From: Trichoplax adhaerens | Lineage: Eukaryota > Animalia > Placozoa | Assembly (NCBI RefSeq): GCF_000150275.1 | Contig: NW_002060945.1 | Coordinates: 2,379,172 to 2,443,171, forward strand | Length of the DNA: 64,000 nt | Direction: 5' to 3' | Shown: positions 28,022-40,854 of the stretch, one piece after another | Position numbering within the stretch: position 1 is the first letter of the stretch | Layout: the number at the start of each line of letters is the position of its first letter | Made by a program: the position numbers and the translations under genes | The notes under the pieces: generated by a model | What the model saw: the letters and a program-made list of their open reading frames with translations, nothing else | Databases searched by the model: none | Told to the model about the DNA's origin: nothing

Positions 28022-29548
28022 TACAATTCATGCTTTTATGTGCTAAGTACTCAGTTATTAAAAATTGGTTACAGTCAAAATTCTCTGATGTGTACTTGAA
28101 AGAGTACGAAGTTTGCGATATTTAATTAAGCAAATGATGGTAATGCGATTGACAGGTTTACACTTTGGTATGACAAATAAGCAATAATATTATACTGTAC
28201 AGCAATGGAGTAATAGTTCTAAATCTTCATGACACACACTATGAATACTTTAAATACGGTATAATTTACCTGGAAGTAAAATGATGTATACTGTGTATTT
28301 AAATCAGAAGAATAACGGCTAGCTGCCGAACTAAGGTCCATTAATAAGTATTTCCCAACATACACATGAAAGTATGTGATTGGACTACAGGAATTCCATT
28401 CATCGTCGATGTTACCAAGTGACTTACACTCAATTATCATTCAAGTTACAAGATCTTGCGGACTGTTCCTATTTATTCCTAATTTTTAAGCTAAATTAGT
28501 CTACAAAATTTGAATCGAAAATTTTTGCGAAATTGTAAGCATAAATTAGAATTGTATATGTAATATGTAAATATAGAAAATGTTAAAGCTATTTATTACA
28601 GTAAGGAGCTGCTCTAAAGCTGTGCTAATACAATGTTTTATAAACATGCTGTACGTATATGGTAAATGCAGGTAATGAATGCTTGTCGTAAACAAGCCCA
28701 TTTCACTGATCAGTATATAAACGGAACAAAATATCATAGCTTTGCCTCTATTTGTCTAGCTGTGTGAAATGCTTGTCTTTAGATCTGAGCTTAGTGTTAA
28801 ATAACCTCAACACATTGTTCTACGCGTACGCATATGCTATAAAAAATCTTCAAAATTAGTACTTCATGCTTGCAACGTTAAATCATGAATGTTATAGTAT
28901 GATTAATAACGTCCAGTTCTAGTGACAAAATCAAGTATTCAATTTTATTGAGCCATAGCAATGTAAATATATTGTTTATACAAAACTTATTATTCAGCTG
29001 TGATAAGCACTTTGATTATTATTGATACAGTTTGGATCATATGCGATAATGGATATAGTCATAATTTATAACCGACTAACAATAATCTGTTGCTAATCAA
29101 GGTCTGGAAAAAGTAACACAGCATATTATTCTTTCAAAAATTTTGTTTAAAAATGATAATCTATCTCAAATTTATTCAAAAAATAACAAGAATTCAATAA
29201 ATACGATAAATGATTATTATATAATGTATAAGGCTGTTTGTTTGAGCCTTGAGGGCAGTTAACAATTTAAAAGCTTCGCATAGAATGTGATAAGTTATCG
29301 CTTTAAACGATTCATGTAGGAGCTAATTGGTATAAAATTAATTCGTATCGGTGATTTCATGCTGTGATGACGTACTTAAAAAGATATGATTAAAATTTTA
29401 TCCTCTAGCAAAAGCTTTCTTATATTATTACAAGTAGAAGTGATTTCAGGACATCAATGCCAATTTATAACTATAAATAATGATATTGAAAATAATTTGT
29501 AAATACGTAGAGTAAAAATCTTGAGTAGTAATAATACATTTTAAGCTT

Positions 29549-31821
29549 CTAATTTAAAGAAAAGGTTTTGCAGAATCCGGGTAATACTATAACTGCAACA
29601 CTTAGATTATCCTTGCAGTTGGCTTGCAGGGCACTTCTAACCAGCATTTCTGTCATTTCTGTGGATAGATTTGCTAGTATGTCCCTTTGGTTGATAGGTG
29701 CACTAGAAATTGCTTTATTTTCTGTAAAATTATTAAACACTTGTATCAGTTATGATAATGCGCATTAAATTAAAAAAGTAGATATTGCATATAATCATGC
29801 TACCAATACTCTTTTATACAATTGTATAGAGTTATTTAGTGTAACGTCTAGCATGTGGTTTATCTATATTATGCTCAGAATAACTCTATCTTACTGATTA
29901 AAGGTATAGGTTGTTCGTCTTCTAAGATCGTTATAGCGTCTAAATCACTGTAAGAATCTACGATTTCTTCATGCTCTTCAACACCTTCTGCTGATAATTT
30001 GGCTATCAAGCAACCAGTCTTTGCCTCTTTTCTAATTTTATTCGCAGTTGAGTGTCTGAAAGACGCATCAGTAATAGCAGTATTTGATCTGTGTAACTCT
30101 CTAAAATTTGATCTTGTTACTGAGCTTGTTTTGGAAGGAAATCCTTGTTTTGATAGCGAATAACTTTCATCGCTAACGTCATGATAAGTATGAGAATTAA
30201 GTGAAGGTAATTCATTATTACCGATAGCACTTTCAGCCTTGTCATAATAATCATTAGATGACATGGAATGAAGACCTACTGAAATATTGCTTATACTTAA
30301 TTTAGAATTATTGATTTTAGTTTGAACATTTTCTATGACTTTTTGCTCCTGTTGAAAACTTGAATCCTGATATTTCGAATCCTCAGCAACACCATTGTTA
30401 ACCTTCTTAAAGGGATGCATATTTAATAACATTTCTACCGCCGCTCTTGCATCGATAGATTCCCATAAGCTATTCGTAGCCAAAATTAGAAAGTAGTCTT
30501 CATCTGTTAAACTTATTGATGTAACGTGGGGAGTATTTATAACAGCAGATTTTAAAAGAGGATCACCATGATTACCAAATCCTCTTGTAACATGTAAGAC
30601 CCCATTTACTAAACTACATGCAGATGATGTTGATTTTATGGTACAACCACACTTTAGTACTCTTAATCTTTCCCGAGAATTACTAAGAGTATGTTTACGA
30701 CTTAGTATATAGCCAGTACCTCCTCTACATAAGACACCTTTAATATCTCCGATATTCGCTAAATGTAGTATTCCAGATTTACTCAATAAAGGATTAAAAT
30801 TTAATAAACATGATAAAGATGAGCAACCACTCCACCTTACAGTTGATTTTTCTTTGATACCTTTTTTTAATTTTGTATCAAAGCTAGAGTAAGCATGTCT
30901 AAATGCGTTTGCGACCATTAAGAGATAATTTTCAAAGCTATTGAGCTTCTTTCTTTTTTTCAAGGCCGAATAAGTTAACTGATGAATAGATTGATCCAAG
31001 CTTAACATTGAAGTTACCCTTTCTGGAGATGCTGAACTGGAAAATATATTTGCTGATTCATATTCGCACTCACTGCGAATTGAATCGTCCTGTCTAACTT
31101 TTGTTTCTTCTAGTGATAACGTTGAGTACTCATTGACAGTTACACTAAAATCTTCTTTACTTAATTCATTGGCAAATATTCGATGCAGATTTATCTTAGC
31201 CTCTTCAGCAGCCTGGCATCCGTGATATCCGCTATACATACCGTAATAGTAGCAATTTTTACCACCTTGACTTCCAAAATTATGATTTAGCACAGCTACA
31301 ATCCTATCTAAAGCAGAACCGCGTCCCTGATCACTTCCACCGTGGTATATAGCCGTTGGTACTGAATCAGACTTTATGACTATGATATCTTTACCAAGTA
31401 ACTGCTCATGGCTACTTGGGGTTACAACCCTAGCATTATAGTAAGCATCATCAAAAGTACTTTTTATTAGTTCGTATGCCCAGTTAAATCTAGTAAGCTT
31501 ACGATCATATTCTGGATCTTCCTTGTCGCTATATAATCTTCGCAATTTTCTAATTAAAGATTTTCTTCGCTTTTGCAATGCTTTTAAGTTCTCTGGCTTA
31601 GAAACGCCGCGGTATTTGAGATATCTATAAGCTAGATGTATTTTTTTATGTTGTTTTAGCTGGCTGGTTGAAACGGATTGTTGGCATAATTTACATTTGA
31701 GATTTAGCGTTGCAGTTGCTTGCGTATAATCATCCTTAAGCCACTGCATGTTCGCCAATCGTGAATTGAGTATCGAAGATTTCCTACGTCCATGCACAAC
31801 CGATAATGAAGTGCTGTTCAT
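29549..31821 (-). CDS. PP2D1: PP2C-like domain-containing protein 1; two coding exons (31821-29895, 29721-29549)
   Basis: N-terminal CKLC-x11-H-x3-H finger. PP2C motifs WSGCSSL, LHLANIGD, LHVTRGFGNHGD and FLILATNSLWE. The final strand, LVRSALQANCKDNLSVAVIVL, is in exon 2, joined by a phase-1 GT-AG intron (29894-29722). Confidence 0.82.
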
Positions 31822-32953
31822 GACTATGCCATACAATCAACAGGGATTGAATACAAAATTTATCCAACATATGATATATATCTAGACGGACTAATAATAA
31901 TACATGCAATATCCGTAAATTGCCTAATAATTTTTAACTACAAGTATTACATAAACTATATATGTTCCTGAATAATTATAAAATTAGAGCGATGGCACGT
32001 ATCTTAATTGCTGCACATATTCCAAAATTGCAGTCCTTATAATAAAGATCCAATAATCCAATATTCTATCAATTTTTTCACTTGAAATTTGCAGTTATAG
32101 ATTTTGTTACGATCAACGTTACAGTTCTTAATACTCTTTAATGTTTTTGATTGGGATTGACACCTGACGTAAAAATCGTCGTAATAATAGTCCTAATTCA
32201 CTCACCGCATGCCAGTTATTCGATGCTATAAGTATAAAATAAGAATAAATCCCAATATTAATCTAAAGTATAAGCTTGTAAAATCTAAGATTATAAAATT
32301 TCTCGTTTTAAAAGGTATAAAATATTTTTCTAGTAAACTATAGAATTACTAGTTTGACAATTCCTATCGGTCTTATAATAATCGTATCTCTAGAGGTTAT
32401 AAGATATAGCATATTGCTCACTAGATTACGTAAACAAATTCTTTCTCATAGAGCGTTAATGAGTCAAAATTGACTCATGAGTACATAGTATACTTACTAT
32501 ACATTGTAACTTAAAAGAACTATAATTTTTGATCAACGCTGATATGAATATATTTCTTTCTCTTCTACGTTAAGTACTAACCGTCGTTAAGTCGATATCA
32601 TGTCACATTATTGGTAGGACGTATAAATCAAATCCTATACTGGATATTGCTGCTATAATGTTAGGGCGTTGATTTATCCTTTTCGCGTTTAATTAATGAA
32701 TAGTTTAAAAAGTCAGGAATCACTCTGCGTTGATGCGTATGTAGTAGTATTAATTACTTAGTCATTGTATGGTACGACTAAACATAATAAACAATCCATT
32801 AACAATCCTCGTAGGGATTCTTTCTCACTAGAGGTGTTACAGTAAAGTTTAGCACAGTATTCTGTATATGACTTAACTATTTCATACTGCTATTAATTTG
32901 TACAAACTACAGAGCAGAATAGAGCGTACGTAGTGTACTGGTAGACAAGTTTG

Positions 32954-32967
32954 GTTGCTATAGCTAC
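32954..32967. promoter_or_regulatory. RFX X-box-like motif GTTGCTATAGCTAC
   Basis: One mismatch from the palindromic X-box GTTGCTATAGCAAC; about 1.1 kb 5' of the PP2D1 ATG. Confidence 0.45.
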
Positions 32968-33022
32968 AGAAAGAAATAAAATGTACAGTACAGTAAAAAC
33001 ATAGCGACTCTCGCCCAAACAG

Positions 33023-33148
33023 CAGTGTCTACTCAACTTCTTTTTATACTTTTCATACTAAATAAATACTTAGTTTAGAATATTCCTGTCCCAAACTAGT
33101 CCCTATGTTAGCATAAAAACTATAAAAAAAGAAGTTGAGTGGTCCCTG
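33023..33148. mobile_element. Palindromic MITE-like element with CAG...CTG termini
   Basis: actcaacttcttttt (33031) pairs with aaaaagaagttgagt (ending 33140). Imperfect pairing extends outward to cagtgtct/ggtccctg and inward to tagttt/aaacta. No target-site duplication is visible. Confidence 0.55.
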
Positions 33149-33724
33149 AGTGCAGTATTATGGATAGATGTAAAAGGAAAAACCTCCAGAATCTTTCCTT
33201 TTCCTGTACTTCCATGAACTCTATTACGTGTAGAAGAAAACCGGGTCAAAAGCTCATTGAATCAGATGTTCGTTAAATCAAAATGAGAAAGAAAATCGCT
33301 TTGCGCCACTTTGTTCTTACTCATTTTTTATTTGAAATGTTTGTGAGTCTAGATTATAATAATTATTTATTTATTCGCTCTGTGTTGCTTCCGAGTAGAG
33401 TACAGTAATTTCGAAAATAACAAAAACGTTCCACTGTACAGTACAGTACAGTATACTGTATGCTGTATATAATATATGTAGCAAATCAAATTCTAATGAT
33501 GTGCTATCCTGAGTGGAGATATTCTGCTGGTGTGGATTTCTTCAAATAGGGTAAAATCAAGCACATCGTTCAGCACTAGACTCCTATTTACGGTGGCCAG
33601 AAGGCTCAAATAACGTCCTGTCGCTTCGCTGACGGAGATACTATACTCTAGAAACCCTTACTGTACTTTACTCACTTGGAATCGAATGACGATGATTTCT
33701 ATTTTTGAAAACCCCGATACAGAC

Positions 33725-34078
33725 TAGTACAGCAGATCCGTGAGTGTACAGTGTACAGTACCAAGAGCTACAGTACAAAACAGTACTGTAGTGTACAGTA
33801 TGTACTGTACATTTACTGTTCCAAAACATTTTCCTACTGCTGTGCTACAGTACTGTATGACGGTACAGTGTACAGTACTGCACGCTGCTTTAATTGTACT
33901 GTGTGTACAGTACTGTACACTCTGATGTCATATCACGGTACAGTACATACTAATGTGCGGTAGTAAGTATCATACTGTACATGTACACTTGTACACTACA
34001 GTACTGTACTGTATATGAGTTCATGATCTGGACCCTAAAGATACACAGCACACGAGTACAGTCACTGCAGTACTGCAA
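33725..34078. promoter_or_regulatory. TACAG/CTGTA array upstream of RNF126, between divergent PP2D1 and RNF126
   Basis: About 350 bp of dense tacagtactgta and tgtacag units ending about 200 bp before ATG 34271. Confidence 0.55.
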
Positions 34079-34270
34079 CCTTTCAAACGGTTAACGAGTA
34101 TCGCTGTATCTTCAGGCTTATTGCGCTACAAAAACTAGTTTTCTTGTTTTTTTCATTCGCGCAACGAAAGCTAAAGGCATTGCGATTGATCGCCATTACC
34201 TTGTTGATAAAATTGTTGCCGAATATCAATACTACACTGCTTTCTTGTATACGAAATTGAGTGTATAGAA

Positions 34271-37200
34271 ATGGCGGAAGCGACGGTAGAAGATGTGCCA
34301 AGCACGCGCTATTTCTGTTACAACTGTCAAGAGGAAGTTTCATCCAAATCGCAGGTGAGTCCATCAACGCTATGCAGCCATCACCATTCGATAGTGTTTT
34401 ACTGTAATTAATTAAAAATAATAATGGGCTATAATTTCCATGCATTTTGTTTTGAAAGTGTATAGTCCGTACTGTACACTACTTGCAAAACTGAAACAAT
34501 CTCAACATACGTAAAGGTAGATGATGCGGCAATTAGCAATTCTTATTCACCTATTAAACTACTTGTGATTTATAGCTGTCCCCACGACTGATTTGTCGTT
34601 GCTGGTACAAGTGCATAGTATGTTACAGTAAAATAAAATGAGATGTTTAGTCGTATAAATTCTTATATAAAACCTAAAATCTATTTGAAGTTCGTATGTT
34701 ACACATGAAAGAGGACGACTAAATCAGTTATAGGCTAATAAATCCAATTTTGACTTTAGAAATATTGCAACACAACCAACACATTGCGCTGCAGGCTACT
34801 CTTAACTACGATACTGTGCAACGTACATGTTTACTATAATCAAATGACGTTATACAGTGCAGATACAGTATATGTAGTATAGACTAGATCGCTTTCCTAA
34901 GCACTTTTCGCTGTTTATCTACTGATTATTATTATTCACTACTACTACTGAAAGTGACTACAGAATTATATTAGATAACTAAAGCGATTGCACCTTCTAA
35001 TTATATCTGAAAGGAAGAATTATATTATTTTATTTTAAGTTCACTGTCGTAAAGAGGAAATACACTACTGATTTACTGTAGTGCGCTTGGTGCCATCCTG
35101 TGCACTGTACAAGTGCGCGATACAGTGAAAGAGTAACGGCATCTGTATCGGTACTGGACAGTACATGGACTATAGTGCTGTACTGTACAGTACTTTTACT
35201 TTTCTATAGATGTGATCAGATGATACTGTGATCAGATGATACTTGGATGTTTACACCGTTTCCCTTCATATCCTCTGTTTTGGCTTCATTGATTACCGCT
35301 GTGTTTATTGAATCATCACTGTTAAATACATCGTTACTTTAAAACTGGAATAGATACAATATTAAGCTCAATCTTTCACTGAACCATCGGAACAAGGAAA
35401 AGATGCTTAATTTGTAATTTTATTTACATGTTGAGTTAGGACTACGCTAGTAGTACGTAAAAGATATACAAGTAGTCCTACAATTTTACGTACAAACTTC
35501 AGAATAGTAGTTGGCGTAGGGAACTTTCTTTCTTTGCAAGTTTATGAACAAATTGTTAGTTATGGTGAGAAATAGATGAGACGCTCACGAATGATGTACA
35601 GTATCCATAAATTTAATTAACAACATTGCCTTAAATATTTGTTTGAATATCGGGTTAACTCTACATCAACATTTGTCAAAATTGTTACGGTCAATATGTT
35701 ACTGTACTATATATATATATATATATACACTGGCAAGTCGCAGTCATAGACATTGATGCAACGTTTTTAATCGTCCATTATATTTATTTATAACCGCTGT
35801 AAAAATTGTTGTATCATGCCATAGATATTTACAGTGCGTACCAGTATTGTTTAACTATACAGTACAACACCAGTATGATAAGGCTCTATCGGTGCGGCTA
35901 CAGTACAGTATCATGTACTGTAAAGCAGGGTATTATGTACTGTACACTTTACTGTAAAAGAAATAAAAATAAAAAATCGAACGGCACGGTAATTTGCTTT
36001 AGTGTTATTCCCACCTATGGATAGACGCCAAGAGTGTCTACTTCTAGCCTTCTATCCAATTAGAACGACCTTTAATTGCATCTATTTTATCACGTCATGT
36101 CAGAAATTAGGAATTGATTGGTACAGTATGAACTTTGAAAATACATCATATGTCTACAGTATACGCGTATTAGACTTAGTTTGTAAACTCTTTCATGAAG
36201 ATTTATGCGTTTTCTTAGTGATTAATCATGCGAGCGGAATAGTTGATGCTGGTTTAATTCTGTTCAATACTGCTTCTCGTAAACGACTACTATATACAAC
36301 ATAGATCGAAAATTGCCTTTATTCTCATAGACACTGAAATATGATATAAGCTTAGATTTGTCTTATTTCATAAAATTTTATAACATTTGTGATTTACGAC
36401 GTTTGAACAGAGTAATTTATGTCCGCAATGTGGTGGAGGATTTGTTGAACAGTTAGAAGGCGACGCCAAAGTTGAAGATATTATGTAAGGAAGATGTTAT
36501 GTTATTAGTGTATGAATGCGAGCTCCGACTCTTCAGTGAGAAAAGTGATCGAAGAAAATGTTTGATTACTTCATGTCCCTTTGATCCTTAATGGGCTGCA
36601 CTTGCTGGTTTGCATGATGGAAACAACGTAACTTTACGAACGTTGTTAAATTTGCATACCACAGCGTTAAATAGTATAATTAGATAATTTTAGTAGCTGT
36701 TGTTATTATTAAACATAATATAATGTATGATCTACGTCATTAATAATTGTTCATTTTCGAATTCCTTGATTCTTAGAAGTGACGTATCAGTTGATAATGA
36801 AAATATAAACTTTCTCTCAGTAAGTACATCATATATCCAGATCTTAAATTTCTACATCTGCATGTATGTTAACTATGAATTGTTCTCTTTGATAGTATTG
36901 GCGTGGTGCTCTTGAAAACAATACCGATGATTCTGCAGATGAATCAGAAGGTATGTATTCTGTGTAGTGTCAGCAATGAAATAGCTCCGTGAATTGAACT
37001 GCTAGCGCTATGCTAGAGTTATAAGTTGTACTTTTAGAAAGTTTTATTACATTCTATGCTGTGAATATGTATAAGTCAAAATATAATTGATACATGCATC
37101 TAATCGTACTGCTATGTTCTGACAGTTACCTGATATAACGTAACACTATTTATAATAATAGTATTGTATAATACAGTTTTATATGTAGCATATTATCTTA

Positions 37201-38942
37201 TGGTGCATTATGAGTAGACTATAAAAGGAGTTCTTGGCGAATGTCACGAGGAATTGTGACTACACAGGTAGTTTGAGCTACATTAGTGCTTTGAAGGAAT
37301 AAAGGTCCCTATTTCTATGATAGAAAGGGTGTTTGCATATCCTGTGAGAACCCTTTACCTCCCTAGTACACAGTCATCGTAACAATAATTATTAATATAC
37401 TAAGTAATGGCTTAAATTTTGCGTTGTTACGATTGTACTGTTCTCTCGCTTTATACGCGCCATGTTAAGTGGAAGCCATTTTACGAGATGTACTTTATTG
37501 ACACTTTGAATGATGCTCTAGATGAATCAGCCTTTGGAGTCAACTTTCCGCATCGATTAAATCTACGGTCTAACTCTCGTCGATCACGTGGCTCGCAAAC
37601 TTTCGAAGGATCACCTGGACAGTCAGGAACTACGACTGTTCGCCTTGAAAGGTTAACTTTAGATGTGCATTTTATGCTTATTGGCCATCGTCATTAAGTG
37701 TTAAATGTAGGAGTTTTCTGAGAGGACTTTTACTGTAATATTATACTTTATCAAACGGAGTTACTATTACTGTACATGATTGCCTTGTAGTTATATTGTG
37801 AAGATATTTTATGTGGTGACTTAGTATTATCTATTACTTTTCTATACAATCTAGCCTTATCCAAGGATTGCTTCAATCGATATCTGCAGACAACCATGGT
37901 AAGCTTTAGGATCATGTAAAATATCTTGTATTATTTTTAGTTTCCTATTTATCCTCGTTTACTGACGCTGTGCTTTACTTTATTTCAATTCAGATGAATC
38001 CGGATCGGAAAACGCCTTTCTACAGCGACCATTGTAAATATTCCAGATTATAAATATGATTTTTGACTCTATTCTCTAAAATATATTGTGTGTTTTGTAG
38101 GAATGCTCTATTTAACTTACACTCCAGCCCAGGAGACTATGCGTGGGGAAGGGGTGGTTTAGATGATATTATTTCGCAGGTAATGTTATATACGTATTGG
38201 CGAGTAATATTGTAGATCCTAATTGATTATTGGGTAACTTATTATTAAGTTGGTATTGTGAAAGACAAGATGATTACCTTGTAGCTGATGTTGGTTCAAA
38301 AATCGATTTACATACTGTCATGTATTGGTGTAAAGTAAGTCTTAACTAATTAATCTTTCTATTTTATAGTTTCTATCGAATCTTGGCGACAGTAGTGGTC
38401 CTCCTCCTGCAAAGAAATCGATCATCGATGATCTACCTCACGAAGTCATAACCAGTGAAATTTTGGGTAAAATATTGATCTATACAGCATGAATTCCTAG
38501 AGCATCCGTGCCGTACGTACTTTTGATTTTTTGCATAGTTGGTATACTAATTATAATTTCTTTCTTTTTGTAACTAGAAACAAACAGTGAATGTCCAATA
38601 TGCAAAGAAGAGTTTAAAGTGAAAGATACTGCGAGAAAATTGCCATGTCAGCATTACTTTCACTCACAATGTATTGTACAATGGTTACAAAGGGTAAGTT
38701 ACTTGAAATAATAGTGATTGATTCTTCTTAAATGTTATTTCACTATGTTTGATTTACTTATATTACAGCATGGCACTTGTCCTGTCTGCCGATTGAATCT
38801 CGCTGAAGGTAGTCCTTCTGAGGAAGCCAATAATGGTGGTAACAGCAGTAGTCGAAGATCTGGAAATTCTCGAAGTCCAAATATTAGCAATTCATCTAGG
38901 AGTAGCCGACGACGATCTGGGCCATCGTCAACTTTAGTTTAA
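34271..38942 (+). CDS. RNF126: E3 ubiquitin ligase RNF126/RNF115 ortholog (N-terminal zinc ribbon plus RING-H2); multi-exon
   Basis: Exon 1, 34271-34354, is [23 protein letters not shown]. Exon 2 from 36411 is [12 protein letters not shown]. Later exons encode [28 protein letters not shown] and the [12 protein letters not shown]...[29 protein letters not shown] at 38942. Confidence 0.92.
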
Positions 38943-39880
38943 TAGGACGCAAATTTGTGACTGGCATTTTAAGGAAAGACGTTTATTTTGTGGAAAATGT
39001 AAAAATTTTACTGATTGCTGGACTGGCCATTATTACAATATGATATATTTCGGACAATAATACTTGAAGTAATTGTAAATGTCTTTTTAAATTGGAAAAT
39101 TGAACGATTCTATCACAAGTTTTAAAAGTAAAATTGTAGTTTGCAACATTTTTGCCATTTGCTACGATTTTTGTCGACATTGAACTCCTTGTGCCTTTGC
39201 TCTGCTGTGCTTGTTATGCAAAAGATACTCGAGTCGTACTTATTAGTGCACGAGTAAAATGTTCGAAATATGGCGTCAACACGCTGTGAATTAATTTCAC
39301 AGTGCAACATAGTGATGATTAAGTGCCAGATACGTGTTCTATGAACAGATCACAAGCGTTATTAGCATATTCTGCAATTGCAATGACGTCAGCATTTTTG
39401 ACTGCGTTTCGGTTTTGATATGTGATGTTATGACCTCTGCATTCTCTCTATTTTGCTAACTTTATTTGTATTTGTTTATAGTATATTGTACTGTACATTT
39501 GGACCATTTTACTATTACTGATTCCGACCGCATAAGATTTGATTCTAAGTGATTGAATAGAATCACTTGATGCGATCTGTTCAGTTTAAGAACTAGAATC
39601 CAGCACGAATGAGCGTCTTTATATTTTCATTAGCTTATGACTAATAACTGTGTGCATTCTCTCAAAGACAGAATAAATTAATAAAGCATCGTGAGCTTAG
39701 ATGGTATTGTCGTTATTGAGTAGCACAACGTTGTAGAATGCTGGCTGGGAGTTTTAGAAAGCAATGAAGAGCAATTTATAGAATAACCATGGTTTTATTT
39801 CAGTACAGTGCGCAGAGTAGTAAGAAATTTGTACAGTTGTACTTACTGTACTACTATACTAGTTTGCACTAGTACTATTT

Positions 39881-40480
39881 AAATAGAAAGGCAGGCAGAA
39901 TAAGAAAGCGTAAACATCCACATCTACTGTACTGTATGCCCAGCCTACACAAATATAATTGAAGAGTAAAATCAATCAGCAAAGTATGAACATAGTAGTG
40001 CGTACAGTATACTGTTTAAATACAGTAGAAAGCAGGCAGCATAAGAAAGTGTAAACGTCTACATCTACCGTACTGTATGCCCTGCCTACGCAAATATAAT
40101 TGAAGAGTAAAATCAAGTAGCAAAGTATGAACATGGTAGTATGTACAGTATACTGTCCAAATAGAAAGGCAGGCAGAATAAGAAAGTGTAAACGTCTACA
40201 TCTACCGTACTGTTATGCCCTGCCTACACAAATATAATTGAAGGTAAAATCAAGCAGCAAAGTATGAACATGGTTGTACTAGGTCTAATTGTACGTACAG
40301 TATACTATTTAAATGGAAAGGTAGGCAGAATAAGAAAGTGTAAACGTCTACATCTACTGTACTGTACAGTATGCCCTGCCTACACAAATATAATATTTAA
40401 AGAGTAAAATCAAGCAGACATGGTTGTACAGTACATACGTATACTGTCCAAACAGAAAGGCAGGCAGAATAAAAAAGTGT
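39881..40480. repeat. Tandem array, about 140 bp unit, about 4.2 copies, upstream of Unc13
   Basis: Unit aaatagaaaggcaggcagaataagaaagtgtaaacgtctacatctac...tgccctgcctacacaaatataattgaagagtaaaatcaag...gtacagtatactgt starts at ~39881, 40018, 40159, 40311 and 40450. Confidence 0.95.
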
Positions 40481-40854
40481 ATTGTGTGTATTTTGCCTTG
40501 CTGTACAAACCCTACAGTGTACAGTACATCACTGTACTGTACAGTGTACACTGTAGGGAGGCAGACAGGCCAGACGCCGTTATCTATGGTGCTACAGACT
40601 TTTCTTTCTTTTTTTAGCTGTACAGTATTGTAATGTACTGGACGGTAGAGACGGGACAATATCAACTGCAGTCTGCAGGTCAATTACCAACTGATAAAGT
40701 AACACAATCGTCTAGAACACTTTATTTTGCAATTTATTTACATCGGAGCGACTTGATCAATGGCTAGAATGTCTTGTGGCTAAGGACACTATTTCTGCCC
40801 TCGTCTAATTGTGCCTTGGATATCCAAGTTGATAGCAGCCGCAACATTATCATC

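Noticed and set aside
35207-35242. 16-bp tandem duplication, (ta)n at ~35708, and homopolymer runs at ~41148 and ~45176
   Set aside because: Ordinary slippage repeats.
39881-40480. CRISPR-like or SECIS-like reading of the 140-bp array
   Set aside because: Whole units repeat with no unique spacers, there are no cas genes, the context is eukaryotic, and there is no AUGA/GA SECIS core or in-frame UGA gene.
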